Shown here piece by piece: positions 1-9,200 of a DNA stretch of 64,000 bases (position 1 is its first letter; every line of letters starts with the position of its first letter). Source of the stretch: Ostreococcus lucimarinus (taxonomy: Eukaryota); assembly GCA_000092065.1 (NCBI GenBank), contig CP000581.1; one strand, given 5' to 3'. The notes beneath the pieces were generated by a model. That model did no database searches, had not been told where the DNA came from, and worked only from the letters and a program-made list of their open reading frames with translations. The translations under genes were made by a program, and so were the position numbers.

Positions 1-221
1 CGCACACCGTCAGTCACTCGCGCTCTCGCGTCGTCGTTCCGTTCGCGCCCCGCGCGCGCCCGTTTGGATAAACCCCAAACGACCCATCTCGCCGTCGGCG
101 ATTCGCGCCGCGCGCGCCCGCGATTCGCGCCGCCCCCCCCCCCCGGCGCGTCCCGCACAAAAAAAAACTCCTCGCGCGCGTTTCTCGCTCGCGCGCGCGC
201 GTCGCGTCGCTCAAACGTACG

Positions 222-592
222 ATCAACGCCTCAACCTCCGCCGAGTTCCCGCCGACCGCGGCGAGCTGCGATCGAATGAGCTCGTCGCGATCGTCGAGCG
301 CCTTCCCCACCGGCCCGAACACCGTCTTATCGAGGATCGTCATCAGCAGCAAAAATTCCGTCGCGATGATCGGCAGCGTGAGATCGAAGTCGAACAGCTT
401 CCCCGCCTCGGCGTGCGCCGCCGGGACCGCGCACGCGATCTGCGCCGCGAGCGTCATCGCGGGGAGCTTGACGCGATCGACGACGTCGGCGACGCGCGCC
501 TTGACGGCGGTCGCGCGCGTCGCCGCGCGCTTGCTCGGCGCGGGCGCCTTCGCGGCGGTGATTCGGATCGCGCGGGCGGCGACGAGGGACAT
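222..592 (-). CDS. ATPG: Chloroplast ATP synthase CF0 subunit b' (subunit II, AtpG-type), nuclear-encoded. Only the first coding exon is in the window (transit peptide plus N-terminal membrane segment). The gene continues past the window start.
   Basis: The in-frame ATG at 590-592 lies inside track ORF 14..1387(-). It gives MSLVAARAIRITAAKAPAPSKRAATRA (transit-peptide-like), then AHAEAGKLFDFDLTLPIIATEFLLLMTILDKTVFGPVGKALDDRDELIRSQLAAVGGNSAEVEALI. LFDF(D/N)LTLP..EFLLLM..L is the hallmark of chloroplast b/b' subunits. The reading degenerates into junk immediately after EVEALI, where the minus strand reads GTACGT. That is a consensus intron donor with its G at about position 221. Confidence 0.5.
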
Positions 593-1385
593 CTCGTTCG
601 TGGGCGTGCGCGTGTGTGTCGCGATCCGCCGTCGCGGCGCGACGCGTGCCTCGCGCGGGGATTCGATCGCGAGATTCGCTTCGTCCGTGTGTCGCGCGGC
701 GTCACCGGTCTCGCGATCGATCGACCGTCCGCCGTCGATCGATGGCGCGACGGTCGCGCGCGCGCGTCGAACCTCGCGTCGTCGATCGACGCGCGACGTC
801 GCGACCGCGCGCGCGACGCCGCGCGCGGGCGTTCGCGCGCGACGCCGAATCGCGACGCGACGCGACGCGGCGACGCGATGCCGCGACGCGCGGCGACGCG
901 CGCGCGGTAGATCGATCGCCATGGCGCCGAGCCATCGATCGTCGTACGGCGCGCGCGATCGCACGTACGCGTGTCGCGCGACGCTGCGGATGTGGACCGC
1001 GTGCGCGTGCTTTCCGTGCGTGGGCGAGACGCTGTGCGAGCCCGGAGACTTGGGGTATCGCGCGCGATATCTCGTGTTTCGATGCGAGCGCGCGCGCGCG
1101 ATCGGCGGACGCGCGGCGGAGATGGCGGGGGAGGACGTGCGCGGGATGGTGGAGGCGCTCGAGGACGACGTCTTCGCGTGCCGGGTGAGCGCGGGCGAGG
1201 GCGCGGTGGAAGTCGAGATTCGAGCGGGAAGTCGAGCGAGGGTGCTGATGTACGCGCTGACGCTGCGGACGGCGGACGGGCGGGGGCTGGGGTTGGAGCT
1301 GGTGGAGGAGCGACGCGCGAGTCGACGCGAGACGGTTGGGTGGTGACGTTTCCGAGGGCGCGCTCCGAGGGCTTCATAATCGAGC

Positions 1386-2042
1386 ATGCGGTGGTCGAGC
1401 GCGTGGATCGTCGCGATGTGCGTCGTCGTCGCGGAGGCGACGTCGATACCGGCTGAACCGCGCGAGGTGACGCGATACGGCGCGGCGCAGATTACTGAGA
1501 TTTCTTACGAACAACTCGACGCGGCGGACGCGACGGAGGGCGAGACCGCGGGCTCGGGGGACTGGATCGAAATTTACAACCCGAGTGAAACCGACAAAGT
1601 AGATCTCACCGGTTGGGCGTTCACCGATCGCAGCGCGCGCGCGATCGAAAAGAATCCCGAAGTCGCGGTTGGTCATTGGTTCGAGCTGCCCGAACTCGAG
1701 CTCGCCCCGAAATCGTTCGCCGTGCTCGCGCGCGACGAAATGGCGTTTCGCACAGCGTATCGCGACCGCGACAACGCGCTCGACGCGCTCGTCCGAGGGA
1801 GCTTCAAGTTTGGACTCACCGCCAAGGGCGAGACGGTTCGTCTTTTGGACGCGTCCAACGAAACCGTGTACGAGCTGACGTACGACGACAAGTCCCCGTG
1901 GCCCGACACCTCGGAAGGTGGACACAGCCTCGAGCTCATCGACGTTCGTCTAGATCCGAACGATCCGTTCAGCTGGATCAGTTCATACGAAGAGGGAGGC
2001 ACGCCGGGCGAAATCAACTCGATCGCGGTCTCGTGGGGGTAG
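1386..2042 (+). CDS. Small secreted protein (218 aa) made of a signal peptide plus one lamin-tail-domain (LTD, bacterial-type) module.
   Basis: ATG at 1386. N-terminal MRWSSAWIVAMCVVVAEA is signal-like. The body matches the bacterial LTD consensus block by block: ITEISYEQ, GDWIEIYNPSETDKVDLTGW, FELPELELAPKSFAVLARDEMAFRTAY, GLTAKGETVRLLDASNETVYELTYDDKSPWP, GGHSLELID. Codon usage is GC3-rich like host genes. Confidence 0.6.
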   Translation: MRWSSAWIVAMCVVVAEATSIPAEPREVTRYGAAQITEISYEQLDAADATEGETAGSGDWIEIYNPSETDKVDLTGWAFTDRSARAIEKNPEVAVGHWFELPELELAPKSFAVLARDEMAFRTAYRDRDNALDALVRGSFKFGLTAKGETVRLLDASNETVYELTYDDKSPWPDTSEGGHSLELIDVRLDPNDPFSWISSYEEGGTPGEINSIAVSWG

Positions 2043-2043
2043 C

Positions 2044-2111
2044 GCCGCGTAATCGAAGCCGCGTAATCGAAGCCGCGTAATCAAGCCGCGTAATCGAAGC
2101 CGCGTAATCGA
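2044..2111. repeat. Tandem repeat: 14-bp unit gccgcgtaatcgaa, 5 copies (one copy 13 bp, last copy truncated), starting right after the stop codon of the LTD gene.
   Basis: Direct reading of 2041-2113: gccgcgtaatcgaa gccgcgtaatcgaa gccgcgtaatcaa gccgcgtaatcgaa gccgcgtaatcga. Confidence 0.8.
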
Positions 2112-2222
2112 CGCGCGTCGGTGCTCGATCGGATTCGATCTGTCTTTGAAATTCATTCTTTCATTTCGATCATCAACTAATACGTCGCGAGCGACACCGA
2201 CGCGGCGTAAATAAATGCTCCT

Positions 2223-3074
2223 CTACTTGATGGACGACCCCGAAGGCGTCTCTGGCGCCGTGCACTCACCCGCGGCGCACGCGAGCACCTTGTCGTCGTA
2301 CACCGCCTTGCCATCCTTCACGACGAGCTTTTCCTTAACGGCATCCCAAAACTTACTCTTGCACTCCTTCGGGTACGTCTCCGACGCGGTCATCCCCGTC
2401 GGCGTCACCGGCGCGCCGACTTCGGCGCCCTCGGGCGCGCGCACGAGCTTCACCTTCGTCTCGCCGTCAACCTCGAACTCCGTGGCCAGAATCATCGCCT
2501 CGGACGTTTGCCCCGCCAACTTCGCCACCTTCAAGTTCAAAATCGTCAGCACCAAAGCGTCCTTCAGTTCGCTCTCCGGGACAAACTTGCGCAACCCCGT
2601 GACGACTTGCCTCGGGTTCTCTTCGCCGCAGTCCACCTTGCACAGATACAATTTATCGCTATTCTCCACGCGTCCCACCTCGATCACGCGTCCGACGACG
2701 AGTTTCGCCTTTTCCATCGGATCCGCGTCCACCGCCGCCGCCGCCGCCGGTCTCTTCTCCTTCTTCTCCTTCTTCTTCCCGCCCTCGCTCGCGTCGCTCG
2801 CGGGCCTCCGCACCCCCTCCCCCCTCGGCTTGATCACCGGGTTCAGCATCGCCACGATGTACTCGCACGTCTGATCGAACGCCTCGGGCATGGGATTGTT
2901 CGCCTCGAACGGTTTCGTCATCACGTATCCCGTGCGCTCGCACGTCACGCGCGTCACGCCCCGCGGCGGCGCGCGCGCGATCGGATCGGCGCGCGCCGTC
3001 GCGTCGACCGCGCGCGTCGTCGCGGGCGCGCCGGCGCCGAGCAAAGCGTCGGCGAACGCGGACATCGTTTCCAT
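2223..3074 (-). CDS. tRNA-binding arm protein with a C-terminal EMAP/Myf-type OB-fold tRNA-binding domain (Arc1p / AIMP1 (p43)-like aminoacyl-tRNA-synthetase cofactor).
   Basis: ATG at 3072-3074. The C-terminal GRVIEVGRVENSDKLYLCKVDCGEENPRQVVTGLRKFVPESELKDALVLTILNLKVAKLAGQTSEAMILA is the conserved tRNA-binding (Myf) domain. A lysine-rich linker (GGKKKEKKEKR) precedes it, as in Arc1p/p43. Confidence 0.65.
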   Translation of the reverse strand: METMSAFADALLGAGAPATTRAVDATARADPIARAPPRGVTRVTCERTGYVMTKPFEANNPMPEAFDQTCEYIVAMLNPVIKPRGEGVRRPASDASEGGKKKEKKEKRPAAAAAVDADPMEKAKLVVGRVIEVGRVENSDKLYLCKVDCGEENPRQVVTGLRKFVPESELKDALVLTILNLKVAKLAGQTSEAMILATEFEVDGETKVKLVRAPEGAEVGAPVTPTGMTASETYPKECKSKFWDAVKEKLVVKDGKAVYDDKVLACAAGECTAPETPSGSSIK

Positions 3075-3438
3075 CGAGCGCTCGAGCGGGTTCGCGGTCG
3101 GGCGGCGCGCGCGCGAGTGCGACGCGCGCGCGCCGCGCCGCGCGCGAGGTCGGCGAGTTTTGAGTCGTCGCGACGCGCGCGTCGCGCGGGCGTCGCGGTC
3201 GTCGCGCGGGCGCGTCGCGCGCGTCCGCGCGACGCGACGCGAAAAAAATCGATAAAGAACACATCACCGGATCGAGTGACGCGCGCGCGAACGCCGCGTC
3301 GAGCGCGTCGTCACGGGCGCGGTGGACGGCGCGGAGCGTTTCTGGCGAAAACGCCCGCGCGGAGACGCGACGCGACGGGCGCGCGCGGCGCGAGGCGGCG
3401 CACGACGACGCGCGACGACGCGCGCGCGAGGGGTGAAG
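3075..3438. promoter_or_regulatory. Bidirectional intergenic/promoter region between the divergent Arc1p-like and zinc-finger genes. Extremely CG-dinucleotide-rich (gcgacgcg-type low complexity).
   Basis: It lies between two divergent start codons (3074 on minus, 3439 on plus). No credible ORF. The composition is about 80 percent GC, with repeated cgcgacgcg/gcgcgcg strings. Confidence 0.35.
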
Positions 3439-4029
3439 ATGGCGAACGATCCGTACGAACCGGACGACGCGTCGGACAGCGACGAGGACGCGCGCGAGCG
3501 ACGCGAGAGGGATGCGAGAGCGCGATTCGAGCGCGACGTCGAGGACGAGCTGGGCGACGCGACGGACGTCGACGAGCGATCGTGGGAGGGGTTTTGGCGA
3601 CGCGCGACGGCGGAGAACGCGGCGAAAATGCGGCGGGCGGGATTGGATCCGAATAAAGCGGAGAGCAAGGTGAAGTTCGGGAGACACGGGGAAAAGTTGG
3701 AGAAGGGGAAGTGCGCGACGACGCTTTGCTTTGGGTGCGACGCGCGGTGCGACGAGACGTTTGAGTGCGCGCAGTGCTTGGAAATTTATCGAGCGCGGGC
3801 GAAGAAAGTGGCGTTCGACGCTTGGGAGCGCGCGTTCTTTTGTTCGTGCAAGTGCTACATCGCGAATTGGGATGAGCATCGGCGGCGGCACGGGCCGAGC
3901 ACCGCGGGGCCGACGAAGATGGACGGCGCAGTGCACGAGTTTGAGGCGCCGCCCGGGCTCGGTGCGCTTTGGCACGGATCGGATTTGCGACGATTGGAGT
4001 TTGAAGAGTGCGCACCTATGATGTATTGA
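3439..4029 (+). CDS. Small acidic protein with a C-terminal MYND/HIT-type zinc finger.
   Basis: The first ATG (3439) in track ORF 3322..4029 gives MANDPYEPDDASDSDEDARERRERD... The cysteine/histidine pattern CATTLCFGCDARCDETFECAQC ... FFCSCKCYIANWDEHRRRH fits the CxxC...CxxC...(F/Y)CSxxC...W..H...H layout of MYND/zf-HIT fingers. Confidence 0.5.
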   Translation: MANDPYEPDDASDSDEDARERRERDARARFERDVEDELGDATDVDERSWEGFWRRATAENAAKMRRAGLDPNKAESKVKFGRHGEKLEKGKCATTLCFGCDARCDETFECAQCLEIYRARAKKVAFDAWERAFFCSCKCYIANWDEHRRRHGPSTAGPTKMDGAVHEFEAPPGLGALWHGSDLRRLEFEECAPMMY

Positions 4030-4077
4030 GATCACGGCGGCGCCTAGGGCTATCGTTCGCTACGTTGTGTGAGTCTA

Positions 4078-5205
4078 CTAGTCCGGCGTGAGGAGTTCAG
4101 ATTCGCCGCCCCGCGCGCCGCCTCCAGGTTCGACTTCCAACGGAGGTGCGGTCGGTGACGCCATCGACGGTGCGACGTAATCATCGCGACCGAAATCGGC
4201 TTTCGCATCGTTCCCACTCTTGTAATGCGATTCTTCGTCCGACGTCTCCACTCCTAGAGGCACGCCGTGCGTGCGTAAATATTCCGCCAGCGTGAAATGA
4301 TTATATTTCCCCGCGATATCGACCGCGGTTCGCCCTCGAACGTCTCTCGCGGCTGGATTTGCGCCGAGCACTAGTAACTTTTTGCACGTCGCCTTGTTCC
4401 CGTTCGCGGCGGCGATCATGAGCAACGTCTGCTCATCGCTCGTCTCGTCGCGCGCGTCAACGTCTAAGCCCTCGGCATCGACCAAACGTTCCATTTCGTA
4501 CGTACGATTCAGTTTGCACGCCCGAATCGCCGCCGTCATGACCTCGGCCTCTCGCGCGAACGGCGACGACGACGCGCGCGAGCCGCTCTCTGTGCGCGAA
4601 CTGGACAGCCGCGCGCCGGCGTCGAACGCGCTCGCGCCGATCCACTCCGTGTCGTCGCTGAACGTGTCTATCGCGGGATTGTTCAAAATCTCCAAAAGCT
4701 GCCCTGCGACCGTACCGATGGACATGATTTCATCGCACAACGCGTACGCCTCTTTCAAATCGGCGCCGCGCTCGACGTCTCGCGCAAACGTCTCGTAATC
4801 CATATCGCCAATAATCTCCGACCGCTCCTCATCGAACGACGTCATCAAAAACGCAAACACCGACCGTATTTCCTCATCCGACAACCTCTTCCATCGCACC
4901 GTCCGCGTCAGCCGATCGATCACCGCGTCCAGTCGCGTCGGCGTCCACAGCGCGCCGCATCGAACGCTCGCGCACGCCCGCCAAAAATCACACAATCGCA
5001 CCGTCCCGCGCCCGAACTGATCGCACATCGCGTGAAACCGTCGAAACACCACCGAACGCTCCCAGTCATCGCGTCCGAGCCCCAACGCGCGCGCCATCAC
5101 GCGCTTCTCCAATTTCGCCTCCGCGCTCCCGAACCCGTCCCGAACGACCGCGCGCAGGATTATTCCCGGTTTCGTCGCCCCCCGCGGTCGCAGCGCGGCG
5201 TACAT
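4078..5205 (-). CDS. Ankyrin-repeat protein.
   Basis: The C-terminal TLLMIAAANGNKATCKKLLVLGANPAARDVRGRTAVDIAGKYNHFTLAEYL reads as two ANK repeats. The track ORF start at 5331 is GTG. The first in-frame ATG is MYAALRPRG at 5203-5205. The start is uncertain. Confidence 0.5.
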   Translation of the reverse strand: MYAALRPRGATKPGIILRAVVRDGFGSAEAKLEKRVMARALGLGRDDWERSVVFRRFHAMCDQFGRGTVRLCDFWRACASVRCGALWTPTRLDAVIDRLTRTVRWKRLSDEEIRSVFAFLMTSFDEERSEIIGDMDYETFARDVERGADLKEAYALCDEIMSIGTVAGQLLEILNNPAIDTFSDDTEWIGASAFDAGARLSSSRTESGSRASSSPFAREAEVMTAAIRACKLNRTYEMERLVDAEGLDVDARDETSDEQTLLMIAAANGNKATCKKLLVLGANPAARDVRGRTAVDIAGKYNHFTLAEYLRTHGVPLGVETSDEESHYKSGNDAKADFGRDDYVAPSMASPTAPPLEVEPGGGARGGESELLTPD

Positions 5206-6282
5206 CGCGTCTCCCAGCCGCACCTCGCGCGCGCTCGCGTGCGTCCCGCGCCGGCACCGCCTGCATCGCCGAACAGCGTCGTCGTCGTCAGTCGTCCCTC
5301 GTCGTCGTCGTCGGCCGCGGCGCGTAACCACCGCGTCGGCATCCGCGCGCGTTTCGGCGCTCGCGCCCGCGCGCGCGCGCAGTCACCGCGACGCCGGCGC
5401 GCGTCGCGACTCGGTTCGCGATCGCTCGCGCACCTCGCGCTCGCGCACGCCCCCATGCGCGCGATCGCCGCGCGTCGCGCGCTGGCGTCGTCGCCGCGCG
5501 CGCGCGCGACCGACCGCGCCGACCCCATCCACCACTTGAGTCAAGACTCATCAGCGATTACATGGTAAAACCTTCCCTTGAATACGAGTCGCGCAAAACG
5601 ACGCGTCGATCGAAGCGACGCCGCGCGTCGGTCGACTTTTCGCGCGCGTCGTTTTGCGCGCTGCATACGCTCCGCGCGCGCTTATGTACGACGACGTCGC
5701 GCGTCGCGGGCTTTTATGTCCGCGCGCGCGCCTCGCGCGCGCGGCGACCGCCGACGGCGCGCGCGCGGCAGTCTGCGTCGCGCGACGCGCGGCGATCTCG
5801 ACGCCGTCGACGCGAGAGAGGTGCGTGGAAATTATCGCGACGCGCGCGCGTCGAGCGGCGCGCGCGGCGCGCGCGCGGCGCGCGGGAGGGTGGACATCGC
5901 GCGACGTCGCGCGCGAGGGCAAACGCGCGCGCGGTCGATCGGGGGAAACGCGCGGCGCGCGCGGTCGATCGGGGAGGTGGGCGCGCGCGCGGCGCGCGCG
6001 CGGTGGTTGAATATCGCGCGGGGTGGGGACGCGCGCGAACGGGGCGAACGGGACGCGCGCGCGCGCGCGAGGGGAGGGTTCGCGGCGGATTGATCGATTG
6101 GGGTATATGCGGTCGCGGGGCGGTGCGGACGGCGGTCGTGGACGCGCGCGCGAGGCGCTGGGGGGCGGGCGGGCGAGCGGGATGCGTTCGGGGAAAGCGT
6201 ACTGACGATCGACGCGCGTGATTCGCGAAAAACAGGTTGACGCGTGCGCTGGAGACGCGAGCGCTTTAAGTAGAGGTTTGCG

Positions 6283-9200
6283 ATGTCGGCGGCCAAGGCG
6301 GCGGCCAAAGCGGAACGCGCCGCGGCGCTCCGTAAGGATGTCGACTTCGTCGAACACACGTGGGCGGCGGAAAAGCTCTATGCGCACTTTGGATGCACGC
6401 TCGAAGATGGTTTGTCCAACGAGCGCGTGCTCGAGAACCGCGCCAAGTACGGCGAAAACCGGCTGACGCCTCCCGAGGTGACGCCGTGGTACATCAAGTT
6501 TTTGATGCAGTTTGCGAACTTTTTCGCGCTCTTGCTTCTCGGGGGTGGGGTGCTTTGCTTCGTTGGTTACGCCATCGATAGTGAAAAGGATCAAACGAAC
6601 TTGTATCTCGGCGTGGTGCTCTTCACCGTCGTCATGATTACGGCGACGTTTTCCTTCTTGCAAGAAGCCAAGTCCGAAGCCATCATGGAGGGTTTCAAGA
6701 GCATGATCCCGAAGAAGTGTAAGGCGATCCGTGGCGGCAAGGCTGTCGTCATCGATGCCTGGGAGCTCGTTCCGGGTGATGTCGTCGATCTCAACGACGG
6801 CGACCAAGTCCCGGCGGATATTCGCGTCATGCGCTCCAACGAACTCAAGGTTGACAACTCTTCTTTGACCGGTGAGTCTGAGCCGCAAGATCGTACTCCG
6901 GAACTCGCGGTCGACTCCAATGGTAACATCGTCACGCAGCCGCTCGAATCTACGAACTTGTGCTTCTACACGACGATCATCAACTCTGGTTCCGGTCGCG
7001 GCGTCGTCATCGGCAGCGGCGATCGCACCGTCATGGGTCAAATCGCTGGTCTCGCCACGGAAACGAGCGGTGAAGACTCGCCGATTTCTAAGGAAATCAA
7101 GAAGTTCATCCAACTCATTTCTATCGTCGCCATCACGCTCGGTATCGTTTTCTTTGTCGTCGGTTTGACCAACGGGACGGCGATTATTCAAAACGTCGTC
7201 TTCATGATTGGTATCATCGTCGCCAACGTGCCGGAAGGTCTCCTCGCCACCGTGACTGTGTCTTTGGCTTTGACTGCCAAGCGCATGCACGCGAAGAACG
7301 TGCTCGTGAAGAACCTCGAAGCCGTCGAAACTCTCGGTTCGACGACTGTCATCGCCTCCGACAAGACGGGTACGCTCACGCAAAACCGCATGACGGTGCA
7401 ACACGCGTGGTACGACAACAAGGTTTACTTCTGCCCGGCGGGTAAAAATATCCCGGATCTCAAGGTTATCTCTGAACCCGGCCAAACGCCGGATGGTGAA
7501 CCGTTCTACGATCAGTCTTCGGAAGCGTTCCAACGCTTGCTCCAAGTCGCCACTTTGTGCAACAACGCCGAGTACTTGACGAAGAGCGAAGACGGCTCCT
7601 TCATCGACCTCAAGGCTGAAATGATGAACCCGAACTTCAATATTCTCAAGCAACCGGCCACCGGTGACGCTTCCGAACAAGGTTTGCTCAAGTTGGTTCA
7701 GCCGCTCAACGACGCTCTCGACACCCGCGCCAAGTACCCGAAGTTGTTCGAAATCAAGTTCAACTCGACGAACAAGTGGCAGCTGTCCATTCACGGGCAA
7801 CCGGGCGGCCGTCCGCCTCTGCTCGTGCTCAAGGGTGCGCCGGAGCGCGTGTTGGCCAAGTGCACGTCGTACTTTTCCAACGGTAAGACGTCGAGCAAGG
7901 ATGCCGAATTCGAGCGCACCTACACGCAGTCTTACGAAGATCTCGGCGGTCGCGGTGAGCGCGTCCTCGGTTTCGCGTTCAAGGAACTCTCTGGATTCAA
8001 GAATGACTTCAAGTTTTCCCAAAAGCCGAAGCCGAACTTCCCGATCGATGACCTCACCTTCGTCGGTCTCTTCTCTCTCATTGACCCGCCGCGCGAAGGC
8101 GTTCCGGAAGCCGTGACGAAGTGCAACCGCGCTCGCATCAAGGTTTACATGGTCACGGGTGATCACCCGATCACCGCAGCGGCCATCGCGAAGCAAGTGA
8201 ACATCGTCTCTCAAGAAAACCTCGACAACGGCACAGCCTGCGTCGTGAAGGGCGACGACATTCGCGCGTGGACTGAAATTGAAGACCCGGTCGCTCAACG
8301 CGCCAAGTGGGACGCGGCTCTCGATCACAAGCAAATCGTTTGGGCGCGCGTGTCTCCGGCACACAAGCTCTTGATCGTCGAAAACTGCCAACGACGCGGC
8401 GAAATCGTCGCCGTCACCGGTGATGGCGTCAACGACGCCCCGGCGCTCAAGAAGGGTGACATCGGTATCGCCATGGGTATCGCCGGTAAGGATGTTTCCA
8501 AGGAAGCGGCTGACATGATTCTCATGGATGACAACTTCGCCTCCATCGTGAATGGTGTCGAAGAAGGTCGTCTCATCTTTGACAACCTCAAGAAGTCCAT
8601 CGCGTACACGCTTTCTTCCAACATTCCGGAAATCGCGCCGTTCTTGTGCTACATCACCGCCAAGATTCCGTCTCCGTTGACCACCGTGCTTATTTTGTGC
8701 GTCGATCTCGGTACGGATATGGTTCCCGCTATTTCCATGGCGTACGAAGAAAAGGAAGCCGACATCATGGATCGTCCGCCGCGCAACGCGCAAACGGATC
8801 GCCTCGTCAACTTCCGATTGATTTCTTTCGCGTACCTTCAAATCGGTATCATCCAAGCCCTCGCTGGCTTCTTCACTTACATGCTCGTCCTTAACGACTA
8901 CGGCTACACGCCGAGCATCTTGATGGGCAACGGCTTGAAGTGGACCAAAAACTCCTTGCTCTGCACCCTCAACGGTGACAGCATCGTGGACACGAATCAA
9001 GGCCGCGCCATCTACCGACCGAAGGCGTGCGGTTTCGGCTGCGCTGACTCGACCGGTACCATGGCGAACATGTGCAAAGGTGGATGCGCCATTCCGGTCG
9101 ATTACGTTCCGAGCACCACAGCCAATCTCGCGTCCCCGTTCCTTGCTCGCTTGGTGTCGACGAATGGAGCGACTGGAGTCACCGTGGATCCGTTCCTCGA

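Noticed and set aside
14-1387. Nested and overlapping ORFs in both strands across 14..1456 (457, 356, 307, 190, 165, 161 aa).
   Set aside because: Only the 222..592 minus-strand segment has a recognisable product (ATP synthase b'). The rest is Arg/Ala/Ser-rich CG-repeat translation in an intergenic/promoter-like block.
2044-2111. Tandem repeats at 2044..2111 and 29714..29795 as possible CRISPR arrays.
   Set aside because: The units are directly adjacent with no unique spacers (14-bp and 27-bp tandem repeats). The genomic context is eukaryotic.
2508-4035. ORFs 2508..3656(+) and 2659..4035(-).
   Set aside because: They span the divergent Arc1p-like and zinc-finger genes and their CG-rich promoter. 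The translations are poly-Arg/Ala junk. The annotated genes on the other strands carry real domains.
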